64,000 bases of DNA from Acidobacteriota bacterium. Its GTDB lineage: Bacteria; Acidobacteriota; UBA890; WLXD01. Positions 1 to 10,506 of the stretch are shown here, one piece after another. Each line of letters begins with the position of its first letter. The first letter of the stretch is position 1. The DNA is taken from positions 544,001 through 608,000 of the forward strand of contig CBDBHB010000007.1 of NCBI GenBank assembly GCA_965205505.1, read 5' to 3'. The notes beneath the pieces are model-generated. The model saw only the letters and a program-made list of their open reading frames with translations. It did no database searches and was not told the origin of the DNA. Made by a program: the position numbers and the translations under genes.

Positions 1-8
1 CCGAGGCC

Positions 9-797
9 ATGAACGAGATGTATTCAGACGTTGCCATACCTGCTCCGCCCCTTTCCGAACCACCATTCTTCGAAGCCCTGCCGGAGTTTCTGAAGGATGC
101 TTCGCTGAACAGAGTCCGCTGGTACTGGCGTTTCGACACGCCCGAGAAGGCGCAGCACATGACACGCGGATACCTGCGGATGATCACCGGTGTCGACGCC
201 GCCATCGGCCGTGTTCTCGATGAGCTCGAGTCCCTCGAGCTCGCATCGAATGCCGTCGTCATCTTGATGGGAGACAACGGGTACTTCCTGGGAGAGCGCG
301 GGTACGCTGGAAAATGGCTGCCGTACGAGCTCTCGATCCATGTGCCGCTCATCGTGTTCGACCCTCGTATCGAGGAAGAATCGCGAGGAGCGCTTCCCGC
401 ACTGCCCGTCTTGAACATCGATATTGCGCCGACCTTGCTCGATCTGGCCGATGTCGAAGTCCCGGGCACGATGCAAGGCACGAGCCTGGTGCCGATCCTC
501 GAAGGCGCGTCACCCGCTCAGTGGAGAAGCGACTTTTGGGTCGAGCATCTCTTCGAGCACCCCCAGATTCCCAAACACGAGGGCGTTCGAGGTGAACGGT
601 ACAAATACGCCAGATACTTCGAGCAAGAGCCCGTATACGAAGAGCTGTACGACCTCCGCGCCGATCCCATGGAAACCAGAAACCTGGCCTCAGACCCTGA
701 TCATCTCGAGATTCTGACGCAGTTGAGAAGACGCACAGACGAGCTGCAGGCTGAATATGGCGGTTCCTACATGCCTATAGAGGAGCGACAGCCTTGA
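9..797 (+). CDS. Sulfatase, C-terminal part (gene begins upstream of window)
   Basis: Motifs 'VILMGDNGYFLGERG..GKW..YE.SI.VPLI', 'NIDIAPTLLDLA', 'ELYDL..DP.E..NL'; frame open at window edge. Confidence 0.9.
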   Translation: MNEMYSDVAIPAPPLSEPPFFEALPEFLKDASLNRVRWYWRFDTPEKAQHMTRGYLRMITGVDAAIGRVLDELESLELASNAVVILMGDNGYFLGERGYAGKWLPYELSIHVPLIVFDPRIEEESRGALPALPVLNIDIAPTLLDLADVEVPGTMQGTSLVPILEGASPAQWRSDFWVEHLFEHPQIPKHEGVRGERYKYARYFEQEPVYEELYDLRADPMETRNLASDPDHLEILTQLRRRTDELQAEYGGSYMPIEERQP

Positions 798-812
798 TGA
801 GGGGCTCCGTGG

Positions 813-3674
813 TCAGCGCGGTGCCACAAAGCGATAACGACCCGAGCCCAGCTCGAAGCGCGCGCCCTGTTCTTGCGTCACCGGCAGCGACCTGACTCCG
901 TCCGCTGCGCCGGCCTGCCTGCCGCTCTCGGTTACGGCCCGGGCATCGCGCGTGGGAAGCCGCACCTCGGCTCGGGTGTTTACCGGGACCTCGATCTCGA
1001 TTAGGAGATCATCGTTCTCGAGGCGCCAGTGGCTGACGATCGTGCCGCGCGCGGACCTGTAGCTGGTCTCGGCCCATCGCAGGTCGCCCACGGGGTTCGG
1101 TTCGATAAAGAACCGATCGAAACCGACCGCCTCGGGGTGCGGCCTGATGCCGCCGATTCCCTTGTAAAACCACTCGCTCACTGAGCCGAACATGGGGTGG
1201 TTGTGCGAGTAGGTGTTGTCGGAGAACTCCCAGTGCTCCCACACCGTGGTGGCGCCGCGCTCGAGCATGTATCCCCAACCCGGGAAGGACCGTTGCTGCA
1301 CCATGTGCAGGGCGATGTCGGCGCGACCGGCGCGGGTGAGCTCCTCGAGCAGGTACTTGGTACCGAAGATGCCGGTGGCGATATGGCCGTCGTGTTCGAC
1401 CAGAACCTGCTCGACCATGCGCTCGATCGCGGCCTCGCGCTCGGCCGCCGGCACGAGATCCATGCTCAGTGCGGTCGCCTGACATGCCTGCGTGCCGATG
1501 TCGAAGACTCCCATGCCCGGCGTCAAGAACCGGTCGACGAACGCCTCATGAATGCGCACCGCGAGCAGCTCGTAGCGGACCCGTTCGTCTTCCCGGCCGA
1601 GGATCTGCGCCAGGCGCGCCACCAGCCGCGCCGCCTGCCGGTAGTGCGCGGTCGCGGTGAGCGCCACGGGTTTAGGGTCGAGGCTCTCGTGGTCGCTGAT
1701 GCAACGGTCGATGATGTGGCCTTCGGCGTGCTCTGCGTACAGATCGACCCACTGGCGGGCAACCTCGTACTGCTCGGACACGATGCGGCGATCGCCGTAG
1801 TACTGGTACAGCTGCGCCAGCAGCAATGGGTGGGCGAGGCCCCAGCCGATCGGGCCCGCATCCTCGACGTAGCCCGCCGCCGAGACGCCCACGAACGGAG
1901 CGGTCTCGGTGATCCACCCGTCGCCGCTGACAGCGTCGGCGTGATCGCGCACCGTTTTGGCGTAGAAGCTCGTGAAGTCGTAGTTGAGCATCGCCATCTC
2001 GCTGGTGGCGACGATGTCACCTCCATACTGGAACTTCTCGCGCGCCGGGCAGTCCGACTGGACGCCGAAGAGATTGCTGAGCAGGGTCCACTGCACCATC
2101 TCCTGCACGCGATTGAGCGTCTCGTCGGAGCAGGCAAAGCTGCCGGCGCTCTCCACATCGGTGTTGAGCCGCAGGCCTTCGATCGCGTCCAAGCCTGGCG
2201 TGCCGGGGAAGCCCGTGACCTCGACGTAGCGGAAGCCGTGGAAGGTAAACCGCGGCGTGTACACCTCGACGCCATCGCCGGCGAGCGTGTAGGTGTCGCA
2301 CTGCTTGGCCACGAGGGGGGCGCCCGGCCCGCCGCGCGGCTCGTCGTCGGCATTCTCTCCCTTAATCTGACCCGCGACCGCGGTCATCGGGTTGAGCGAG
2401 CCATCGTCGTACAGAAGCTCCCCCATGCGCATCTTGACCGTCGTGCCGCGCGGGCCCTCGACGCGCAGTCGGGCCCAGCCGGCGAAGTTCTGCCCCATGT
2501 CGAAGATGAAGACGCCGGATTCGATCTCGGTCACGCTCGTGGGGCGAAGCGTTTCCGTGACCCGTATCGGTGGGATCGGCTGGGCCTCGAGCGGCCCCAG
2601 CTCGACCGACTGTACGGTGGCCGGCCGCCAGCCCGAGTCCTCGAACTCCGGCCGGTCCCAGCCAGGCAACCGCCGGCGGGCGTCGAAGACCTCGCCGAGG
2701 TAGATGCTGTTGCGAATCACCGGGCCGGGGTGCACACGCCATCTGTCATCGGTTACAATCGACTGCGTCGTGCCGTCTTCGTACTCGATGTCGAGCTGCG
2801 CGATCAGGCACGGCTGGCCGACCACCATGTGCTCGCGGATGTTGATCCGGCCCCACATCTGCAGCGGCAACGGGTTGTACCAACCGTTGCCCAGCAAGGC
2901 GCCGACGACGTTGGGCCCGCGCTGCAGCATCCCGGTGACATCATGGGTGGTGTAGAGCACCCTTTTGCCGAAGCTCGTCCAGGCGGGATCGAGCACGTGG
3001 TCGGAGACCTTGGCGCCGTTGACGCGAAGCTCACAGTAGCCCAGGCCGGCAGCGTAGAGACGGGCGCTGGTTACGGGTTTCGACACCTCGAACGCGCGCC
3101 GCAGCAGCGGTGCCGGATGATCGTCGTACTGGGCTGCCCGCGTCACGGGAGCTGGCTCGCCATCACCGATCCAACTGCCTTGCCAGTCCAAAGGCGCAAG
3201 CAGGCCCATCTCCCAGATCGACGGCGCGCTCCAGTCCGATGGTATGCCGTCGCCGTCCCACACGCGGATCTTCCAGAAACACCGCTGGCGACTGGTGAGC
3301 GGCGGCCCCGAATACTCGATATGCAGTTGCTCGCTCGACGCCACCCGGTCGCTGTCCCACAGGTCGGCGGCGTTCGCCTCCAGCAGCTCGATGCGCGTCG
3401 TGACGAGGACCTGGTAGGCGCTCTGGCGCAGGCTGCGCGCTTCGGGGTGCCGCGCAACGAGCCGCCACCCGAGGCGCGGTCGCGGGAGGTCGATGCCGAG
3501 CGGCTCGCGAAAGTACTCGCAGCGCAGGTCGACCGGGACGATGCTCCCGAATGTTTCCTGTGTTGCCGCGCGGCCTGCCGGCGACGATGCAGCCGGGTCG
3601 GGTGCGCGGCGGCTGGAGCCGAGCGCACCGGCCGCCAGCGATCCCTGCAGGAAGTCGCGCCGGCGGATCTTCAC
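813..3674 (-). CDS. Alpha-L-rhamnosidase family (GH78), Tat signal
   Basis: 953 aa; 'RRRDFL' Tat motif; 'DMGQNFAGW', 'FTFHGFRYVEV', 'SDCPARE', 'GATTVWEHW', 'SHNHPMFGSV'. Confidence 0.9.
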   Translation of the reverse strand: MKIRRRDFLQGSLAAGALGSSRRAPDPAASSPAGRAATQETFGSIVPVDLRCEYFREPLGIDLPRPRLGWRLVARHPEARSLRQSAYQVLVTTRIELLEANAADLWDSDRVASSEQLHIEYSGPPLTSRQRCFWKIRVWDGDGIPSDWSAPSIWEMGLLAPLDWQGSWIGDGEPAPVTRAAQYDDHPAPLLRRAFEVSKPVTSARLYAAGLGYCELRVNGAKVSDHVLDPAWTSFGKRVLYTTHDVTGMLQRGPNVVGALLGNGWYNPLPLQMWGRINIREHMVVGQPCLIAQLDIEYEDGTTQSIVTDDRWRVHPGPVIRNSIYLGEVFDARRRLPGWDRPEFEDSGWRPATVQSVELGPLEAQPIPPIRVTETLRPTSVTEIESGVFIFDMGQNFAGWARLRVEGPRGTTVKMRMGELLYDDGSLNPMTAVAGQIKGENADDEPRGGPGAPLVAKQCDTYTLAGDGVEVYTPRFTFHGFRYVEVTGFPGTPGLDAIEGLRLNTDVESAGSFACSDETLNRVQEMVQWTLLSNLFGVQSDCPAREKFQYGGDIVATSEMAMLNYDFTSFYAKTVRDHADAVSGDGWITETAPFVGVSAAGYVEDAGPIGWGLAHPLLLAQLYQYYGDRRIVSEQYEVARQWVDLYAEHAEGHIIDRCISDHESLDPKPVALTATAHYRQAARLVARLAQILGREDERVRYELLAVRIHEAFVDRFLTPGMGVFDIGTQACQATALSMDLVPAAEREAAIERMVEQVLVEHDGHIATGIFGTKYLLEELTRAGRADIALHMVQQRSFPGWGYMLERGATTVWEHWEFSDNTYSHNHPMFGSVSEWFYKGIGGIRPHPEAVGFDRFFIEPNPVGDLRWAETSYRSARGTIVSHWRLENDDLLIEIEVPVNTRAEVRLPTRDARAVTESGRQAGAADGVRSLPVTQEQGARFELGSGRYRFVAPR

Positions 3675-3683
3675 GCGACGCCC

Positions 3684-3738
3684 GGGCGCAGCGGTGCCTC
3701 GGCGGTAGAACGTCTACCAGATCGCCTCTGGCGCGGAA
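3684..3738. repeat. ~55-bp direct repeat, copy 1 (copy 2 at 8188-8241)
   Basis: 42/47 ungapped identity to 8188-8234; central GGTAGA-acg-TCTACC inverted repeat. Confidence 0.8.
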
Positions 3739-3906
3739 GGCGCCTGTTCCACCAATCGATAGACTTTGAAGTTATCAGCGGTCTCATGGTTTCTCCGGCG
3801 CCTATGCCTCGAAGTCTTCCTGATATAGCAGCTCCCCTGTTGCCAATCTGTATACCGGATTCCGATGCGCCAAGGATATCGAGTAGGACCTCCAGGAGTC
3901 TGACCA

Positions 3907-4581
3907 ATGTCGCACAACGTGCGGAGGCATCTGAGACTCGAGATCAGCGCCTATGACGAGGCCATTCGTCGCTTCATCCCCGGCTACGAGATCATGCTCG
4001 GCGTGGCGGCGGGCGCCGTAGCCGCCGCAGAGCCAGATCTCGTGTGCGACCTTGGCGCGGGCACCGGAGCCCTCTCCGAGGCATTGTTGGCGCGTCGGGC
4101 AGTGGGCACCGTCGAGCTCCTCGACGTGGATGCGGACATGATGGATCAGTCGCGCCAGCGCCTGCAGCGCTTCGGCGATCGTGTGCGCTTCACGCTGCGC
4201 TCGTACCACGAGCCCTTTTCTTCGTGCGACGCGTTCGCCGCATCGCTATCCCTTCACCACATCCTCACGATCGAGGCCAAATCAGCGATGTACGCGCGGG
4301 CGTTTGCGGCGCTGCGGCCTGGAGGTGTGTTGGTTAACGCCGATGCCTACCTGCCAGTCGACCCGACCGAGCGCGATCGGCTCTTTCGGTACTGGGCCGA
4401 TCACATGGTGGCCTCGGGCATCGGCGAAGAGCGTGCCTGGCAACATTTCGAGGATTGGGCCGATGAGGATACCTACCTGCCGCTGGATGCCGAACTGGAA
4501 GCGCTGACGCGGATCGGGTTCGACGCGGCCAGCGTGTGGTCAGATGGGCCCATCAGGGTGGTGGTGGCGAAGAAGGCATAG
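3907..4581 (+). CDS. Class I SAM-dependent methyltransferase
   Basis: 'DLGAGTG' motif I, 'LSLHH', 'LRPGGVLV'. Confidence 0.85.
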   Translation: MSHNVRRHLRLEISAYDEAIRRFIPGYEIMLGVAAGAVAAAEPDLVCDLGAGTGALSEALLARRAVGTVELLDVDADMMDQSRQRLQRFGDRVRFTLRSYHEPFSSCDAFAASLSLHHILTIEAKSAMYARAFAALRPGGVLVNADAYLPVDPTERDRLFRYWADHMVASGIGEERAWQHFEDWADEDTYLPLDAELEALTRIGFDAASVWSDGPIRVVVAKKA

Positions 4582-4658
4582 CAGAGCGTGGTGGAAGTGT
4601 GGCGGGCCTGGCGACGGGGTCGGGAGCCAGGCCGGTTGACGCTGGGGCGACCTGCTAG
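4579..4658. mobile_element. Degenerate, internally deleted MITE of family A
   Basis: Starts TAGCAGAGCGTGGTGGAAGTGTGGCGGGCCTGG (matches MITE-A end) on the methyltransferase stop codon; ends CCTGCTAG. Confidence 0.65.
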
Positions 4659-4838
4659 TGTCCTGAGTCAGGAATCCGTTGCATATCGTCCCAGCCCTTC
4701 GGGTGGCGGCGGGACCGGCCGCCTCCGGCGTCGGCCCTCCTCGACGATGCACTCCGCATCGCCCTCGTCGGGCCTCCTTGCATTCGGCTCGGTCGCACTC
4801 GCCACAATATGTAACGGATTCCTGACTCAGGACACTAG
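4655..4838. mobile_element. MITE family B (184 bp including flanking CTAG)
   Basis: Terminal inverted repeats CTAGTGTCCTGAGTCAGGAATCCGTTGCATAT / ATATGTAACGGATTCCTGACTCAGGACACTAG; no transposase. Confidence 0.85.
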
Positions 4839-4881
4839 TGGCCCATGCGGCTGGCGCGGTGTTCCATCACTGCGGCGGAGG

Positions 4882-5871
4882 TCAGCCGCCTACCTGCACC
4901 ACCACCTTACCCATGGCCTGACCGGATTCCAGTCGGGCATGGGCCGCTGCCACATCTTCGAGGGCATAGGGTTCGCCATCCATCAGTGGGCGGATCTGCC
5001 CGGCTTCCGCGAGGGCGGTGATCTCCCGCATGATCTGGCCGTGCGCGGCCGCCCCCGCCCCGTGCAACAACGGGATCAGCATCAGGACGCCGATATGCTG
5101 CAATCCCTTCAGATGCACGGGCGTCAAATCCTGGGTCGAATTGTTCTGGCAGCTGACCACCGTGCCCTTCAGTTTGGCGGCGGCCCAGGATTTCGGGATG
5201 TTCTCACCGCCAACCGTGTCAAAGACGATATCGAAGCCGGCCCCACCCGTATGGGCGGCGACGTAGTCCTCGACGCTGTCTTCTCGATAATTGATGGGAA
5301 TGGCGCCGAACTCGCTGACCACGGACGCCTTTTCCGGGCCGGATACAGTCGCATAGACTTTGGCCCCGCGGGCGATGGCGATCTGTATGGCGACATGGCC
5401 GACGCCGCCGGCGCCCGCGTGAACCAAGACAGTCTGGCCTTAGCCTACATTGGCGCCATCGACAAGGGCTTCCCAGGCGGTCAGACAGACCAGGGGTAGC
5501 GCCGCGGCTTGCGCCATCGACAGGTTGGTCGGTTTCGGCGCCAGAAAGTCAGCATCACAGGCCATGAGTTCAGCCAAAGCCCCGCCCGTACCTTTGACCC
5601 CGCCGGCACAGCCATAGACCTCTGCGCCCACCTCGAAAGCGTTGACCTCGGCGCCGACAGCCTCCACCACGCCGGCCACGTCGCCCTGCAGCACGGCGGG
5701 CAAATCGGGGCCCAGAGGCAGACCGAGCTTGCGGATCTTCCAGTCCACCGGGTTTACCGAAGTCGCCGCGACCCGCACCAGGACCTGGCTGGGGCCGATG
5801 CGTGGCACCGGGACATCCGCCGCTTCGAAGACCGAGGGTTCGCCGCTTTCGCGGATGATCATGGCTTTCAT
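4882..5871 (-). pseudogene. Zinc-type ADH / quinone oxidoreductase family with in-frame TAA at 5440-5442
   Basis: ORFs 5440-5871 and 4882-5427 are in one frame: 'ANVG*GQTVLVHAGAGGVG'; motifs 'SVNPVDWK', 'GKVVV'. Confidence 0.85.
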
Positions 5872-5933
5872 GAAGGCTCTCCTGGTTGCGTGGTGGGCTA
5901 CCCAGCCTTTCTAAGGCTTCAGAATCCACCCGT

Positions 5934-6848
5934 TTAGCCCGCTCCGGTCTCCTTCGCAACCCGCTGCTCGTACAGTTCCGTTAGCCGGCGCGTCAGGCTT
6001 CCGGGTGTGCCGGCGCCGATGGTTCGTCGATCCACCGCAACCACCGGCGTCGGGCCGCCGAACGTACCGGTGACGAACGCCTCGTCGGCGGAGTAGACCT
6101 GCGGCAGGGAGAAGTTCTTCTCGCACGCCGCGATGCCGTTGTCGCGGCATAGCTCGAGCACCACCGCGCGGGTGACGCCGTTGAGGCAATAGTCGCCGGT
6201 CGAAGTCCACACTTCGCCGCCGCGCACGACGAAGAAGTTGGTGGCGTTGCAGGTGGCGACAAAGCCGTGCGGGTCGAGCATCAGCGCCTCGTCGGCGCCC
6301 ACGTTGATGGCGCCGAGCATGGCGACGATGCAGTTGAGCTTGCTGTGCGAGTTGATCTTCGGATCCTGTACGTCGGCGCGGCCGCGGCGGATGTGTGAGG
6401 TGACGAGCTCGATGCCCTGCCGGCTCGGCTCCGGGCTGGCCTCCTTGTACTCGGCGGCGATGACAATCGTTGGCGGCCCGACATTGACGCGCGGGTCCTG
6501 CGAAGGCGTGTGCTGGAGGCCGCGGGTGATCATCAAGCGCACGTGCACACCCGACTCCATGCCGTTCTCGCGCACCGTGAGATACAGCGCCTCCACCAGC
6601 TCGTCACGACTCATGCCGATGTCGATCTGCATCGTCGCGGCGCCCTCGAACAGGCGGTCGAGGTGCTTGTCGAGGAAGGCGTATTTACCGTTGTGCAGCC
6701 GCAGCCCCTCCCACACGCCGTCGCCGAGGGCGAAGCCCGAATCGAACACCGACACCTTGGCCTCGGCGCGCGGCACCAGCTCGCCGTCGAGGTAGACGAG
6801 GACGTCGTCGTTGCGTGCGTCGGGGATGTATTCGTGGGTACCGGGCAT
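5934..6848 (-). CDS. PLP-dependent aminotransferase class IV (BCAT / D-amino acid AT-like)
   Basis: 'VSVFDSGF.LGDGVWEGLR', 'LNGVTR', 'ADEAFVTGT'. Confidence 0.9.
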   Translation of the reverse strand: MPGTHEYIPDARNDDVLVYLDGELVPRAEAKVSVFDSGFALGDGVWEGLRLHNGKYAFLDKHLDRLFEGAATMQIDIGMSRDELVEALYLTVRENGMESGVHVRLMITRGLQHTPSQDPRVNVGPPTIVIAAEYKEASPEPSRQGIELVTSHIRRGRADVQDPKINSHSKLNCIVAMLGAINVGADEALMLDPHGFVATCNATNFFVVRGGEVWTSTGDYCLNGVTRAVVLELCRDNGIAACEKNFSLPQVYSADEAFVTGTFGGPTPVVAVDRRTIGAGTPGSLTRRLTELYEQRVAKETGAG

Positions 6849-6879
6849 GGCGCCGAATTCTACCGCTACACTGCGCCGC

Positions 6880-8158
6880 ATGAGCTGGTATCGGCAAAAC
6901 CCACTGGCAGATCCTCGCGGCGCTCGTCGCCGGGCTGATCTACGGGCTCGTCGCCGGCCTGGCCGGCTGGCACGCGTTCACCGCCGCGTGGATCGCCCCC
7001 TTCGGGCGCCTGTTTCTCAACTTCCTCAAGCTCGTCGCCGTGCCGCTGGTGTTCTCCACGCTGGTCGTCGGCGTCGCCTCCCTCGCCGACGTGCGCAAGC
7101 TGTCCCGCATCGGCATACGGACCCTGGCCGCATTCCTGGCGCTGAGCTTGCTCGCCTCCTTGATCGCCCTGTCAACCACGCTGCTGATCCGCCCAGGTGC
7201 CGACTTACCGGCCGACATGCGCGCCGATCTGGTGGCGGCGTACGGTGCGTCCAACGCGGCCACCGCCGAATCCGCCGCCGGCCTGCGCGGCGCAGGTCCG
7301 CTGCAGGCGCTGGTGGATCTGGTGCCGGACAATCTGGTGGCGGCGGCATCGAACAACGCCAACCTGCTGCAGCTGGTGTTCGTCGCGCTGCTGCTGGGCA
7401 TCGCCCTGCTGCAGGTGCCGGCGGAGAAGGCGGCGCCGGTGCTGCGTCTGCTCGACGGCGTCGCAGCGGTGGTCGTCCAGTTCGTCAAGCTGGGCATGAA
7501 GCTGGCGCCGATCGGTGTCTTCGCCCTCATTGCCGATGCCCTGGTCACCGTCGCCCCCGACGACCCGGCGCAACTCGGCCTGTTGCTGCGGGCCTTGGGC
7601 GGCTACTTCTTGACGCTGACCCTGGCGCTCGCAGTGCAAACGTTCGTCGTTTTTCCCCTGCTGCTGCGCGCCGCCGCACAGGTCAACATCATCGACTTCT
7701 TCCGTGGCCTCTCCCCGGCAATGCTGGTGGCGTTCTCCACCAGCTCCAGCGCCGCCGCCCTCCCCGTGACCATGGAGCAGTGCCGCGACGAGCTTCACTT
7801 CTCCGACGAGGTGACCTCGTTCGTGCTGCCGCTCGGCGCCACCCTGCACATGAACGGCACGGCGATGTTTCTGTCGGTGGCGGCGGTGTTTCTCGCCCAG
7901 GCCTTCGGCCACCCCCTGAGTACGTCCGACCTGCTGAGCATCGTTACCATCTCGCTCATCGGCTCGGTCGGTGCCGTCGCCATTCCGAGCATCGGCGTCG
8001 TGTTTCTCGTGGTCATCCTCGAGACCATCGCCGTGCCGGTGGCTGGGGCCGCCCTGGTGCTCGGTGTCGACCGCCTCCTCGATATGATGCGCACGACCAC
8101 CAACGTCACCGGTGACGCGGTGGTCGCCGCCTGCATGCCGGTGTCACTGGACGATTGA
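6880..8158 (+). pseudogene. Dicarboxylate/amino acid:cation symporter (DAACS), frameshift near 6897-6903
   Basis: 'AFSTSSSAAALP', 'PLGATLHMNGT', 'DMMRTTTNVTGD'; ATG 6880 (MSWYR) is one base out of frame with 'HWQILAAL' across AAAACCC (possible sequencing error). Confidence 0.75.
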
Positions 8159-8187
8159 TCGGCTTCGTGCGCCGGGAAGGTGTGTTG

Positions 8188-8241
8188 GGGCGCGGCGGTG
8201 CCTCGACGGTAGAAGGTCTACGAGATCGACTCTGCGCGGAA
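8188..8241. repeat. ~55-bp direct repeat, copy 2
   Basis: Matches 3684-3738. Confidence 0.8.
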
Positions 8242-8347
8242 ACCACAACGGATCACGCGGCCTCCCGCCTGAGCTCGCGAAGGCTACCAGTTCCGGTTTC
8301 CTGATGGCCGCGCAACGCGGTTCGGCGACTCATACCCTTGGGTAGAG

Positions 8348-9880
8348 TCATGCTGCACCAATATGTTCCGCCAACCTAACCGCAAGCGCCGATACCGTTA
8401 ACGTCGGGTTGGCCGCTCCAATACTGGGGAACACAGCATTCGAACATACATAGAGATTATCCGTGCCGTGAACCTGTAAATCAGGATTGACGACACCGTC
8501 TTCATCGGAGCTGCTCATGCGGCAGGTTGACGCTGCATGGGCTCCATCAGGATCACTAACATCGCTTTCGATACTCTCTTCCTTGCACCCGGCGGTTTTC
8601 AGTATCTCAACAAACGTCTGCATGTGTTCCTGTCGAGTCTTGATGTTGATGTCGTGAACGCCGACCTCGATTTCTGTCGTGGGAAGGCCGTGTCTCGTTG
8701 TACCGCTTCCCAAGCTCACTCGGTTCTCCGGGCTTTCGAATTGCTCCATTTCGCCGCCCAATGAGATTCTCATCTCAGAACTCAAGCTTACATCCATATC
8801 AGGCCGCGACACATTTGAAAGGATTTGCCTTTCCAAAGAGGAGCTCGCGCCGACACCCCCAGAAAACCACATTTTGCCTTTATGCTGATATTCCGGTGAA
8901 TCAAAATGACGGCTGATCAGGGAGGAGAAGCCGAGTTCCCCAGCGAGCTTGTCCGGGTTTCCTGGCCGAACGCCTGAGGCGCCCATCACCGGATGGCCGA
9001 TCAAATGCCGGCCGACATGCCCTGAGTCGTTGCCTAGACCGTCGGTCCAGTCGTTGTTGGCAGAGGACAGCAGAAGTTTCGCGGATTCGATTGTGCCACC
9101 GCAAACGATAACCACATCAGCTTCCAGTGAGTCAGGAGCACCCGTCTCAAGGTTTAGAAAGCCGACTCCCCGGGTACGCTGTTTCCCATCCATCAATATG
9201 TTGATGACTGGCGATTCTGTTTTCAGGGTCAGCTTGTCGTCATATTCATCTTGCAGTTGTGCCAAATCGTAGAGAGCCGTATATCGCGCATTCACAGGGC
9301 AATAATTGCAGGTTCCTGTCGTAATACATCGATTGCCGTCCCTGGCTATCGACATATGCCCGTAGGATATGTCATGGCTCGTGAGAGCCTCGATGATCAG
9401 CGCGTCACCTAGGGTAAAAGCGGTTGGTGGGAATGGGTACTTCGCACCATACCGTGGTGGATCATCATTCTCTGAATCACCCGTAATGCCCAGTAGAATC
9501 TCGGCTTCCGCATAATAGGGCGCCATATCGTCATAGTTGATTGGCCAGTCGGCCCCGTATCCGGTACGGGACTTTAGTTCAAAGTCTTCAGGTTTGAGGC
9601 GCGGCGTCAGGCCGCCCCAGTGATTGGTCGTGCCGCCTTTCACAAAGAGCCTTGAGCCACGTAGTCCGAAGTGTTCGGTCTCCGTTCTCGGATCATCAAC
9701 GAACTCTCTGTAGAGATCGACGTCGGCCATCACTTGATCAAGCCAAATTCGATAATCGCCAGGCTTGAAGTCAGGACCTGCCTCAAAAACAGTGATCTGA
9801 TAGTCGTTCTCGGTTTTGAGGAGCTGCCTCGCCAATGTCGCACCGGCCACGCCGGAGCCAACGATGATGATGGACTTCAT
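8348..9880 (-). CDS. GMC family oxidoreductase flavoprotein
   Basis: 'IIVGSGVAG' FAD motif, 'GGTTNHWGG', 'DWPI.YDD', 'H..STCRM', 'ANPTLT'; ATGA overlap with upstream gene; visibly lower GC. Confidence 0.9.
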   Translation of the reverse strand: MKSIIIVGSGVAGATLARQLLKTENDYQITVFEAGPDFKPGDYRIWLDQVMADVDLYREFVDDPRTETEHFGLRGSRLFVKGGTTNHWGGLTPRLKPEDFELKSRTGYGADWPINYDDMAPYYAEAEILLGITGDSENDDPPRYGAKYPFPPTAFTLGDALIIEALTSHDISYGHMSIARDGNRCITTGTCNYCPVNARYTALYDLAQLQDEYDDKLTLKTESPVINILMDGKQRTRGVGFLNLETGAPDSLEADVVIVCGGTIESAKLLLSSANNDWTDGLGNDSGHVGRHLIGHPVMGASGVRPGNPDKLAGELGFSSLISRHFDSPEYQHKGKMWFSGGVGASSSLERQILSNVSRPDMDVSLSSEMRISLGGEMEQFESPENRVSLGSGTTRHGLPTTEIEVGVHDINIKTRQEHMQTFVEILKTAGCKEESIESDVSDPDGAHAASTCRMSSSDEDGVVNPDLQVHGTDNLYVCSNAVFPSIGAANPTLTVSALAVRLAEHIGAA

Positions 9881-10464
9881 GCTCCTCTCCTGTAGCTCTC
9901 GGGAGCAGTGAACGCACCACCAAAGTATCCGCTGTAGTTCCATAGCCCAAAGCTCTTGAAGGCGCCCGACATGGGAATTTGATGAGTGATCAATTCGGCG
10001 AAGACGAAGCGCCTGGCACGTCCGAGTTTTGTGGATGAGAAATTCTCGACGTCGAATTCTGAAAAGAGAAGGGATGCCCACGCCTGCTCGACACCGGAGG
10101 TGCTGCCTACCACCAGATTGAACAATTCGACAGCATTCTCGTATTCCGTCAAGTAGCTGGGTTCCTCCTCTGTCTTGAATTGGAGGTCCGCCCTTAGCCG
10201 GCCGAAATAGAGGGGCATGTCGGCCCCTAGTTCCCAGGCCTGGTTCACGTACCGGCACAAAGTTGACAGAGCGTCGAACTCATCCTGGCTCAGGACGCCG
10301 GTTCGCGTCTCATCGACGGGCAAGTCGGAGTCGCTTATGAAATGGAGCAACTCGGCGGAGTCATCCTGGGTCAAGGGGATGCAAGCAAAGGGCAGAGAGG
10401 CAAGCACCCCCGAGGAAAGGCCCAGCTTCAGGAGCCGCCTTCGATCAATGTACAGCTTCCTCAT
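9877..10464 (-). CDS. Tat-exported partner of the GMC enzyme (gluconate 2-dehydrogenase subunit 3-like)
   Basis: 'IDRRRLLK' Tat motif; translational coupling to the GMC gene. Confidence 0.6.
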   Translation of the reverse strand: MRKLYIDRRRLLKLGLSSGVLASLPFACIPLTQDDSAELLHFISDSDLPVDETRTGVLSQDEFDALSTLCRYVNQAWELGADMPLYFGRLRADLQFKTEEEPSYLTEYENAVELFNLVVGSTSGVEQAWASLLFSEFDVENFSSTKLGRARRFVFAELITHQIPMSGAFKSFGLWNYSGYFGGAFTAPESYRRGA

Positions 10465-10506
10465 GTCGGTCCCTCCGGCGACTTTCAGGATGGTTGAGTA
10501 AGTGGA

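Noticed and set aside
1197-3956. Long antisense or alternative-frame ORFs (e.g. 1197-3956 +, 25481-27754 +, 31028-32686 -, 55780-57132 +)
   Set aside because: These are shadow ORFs typical of GC-rich DNA, overlapping well-supported genes and lacking family motifs.
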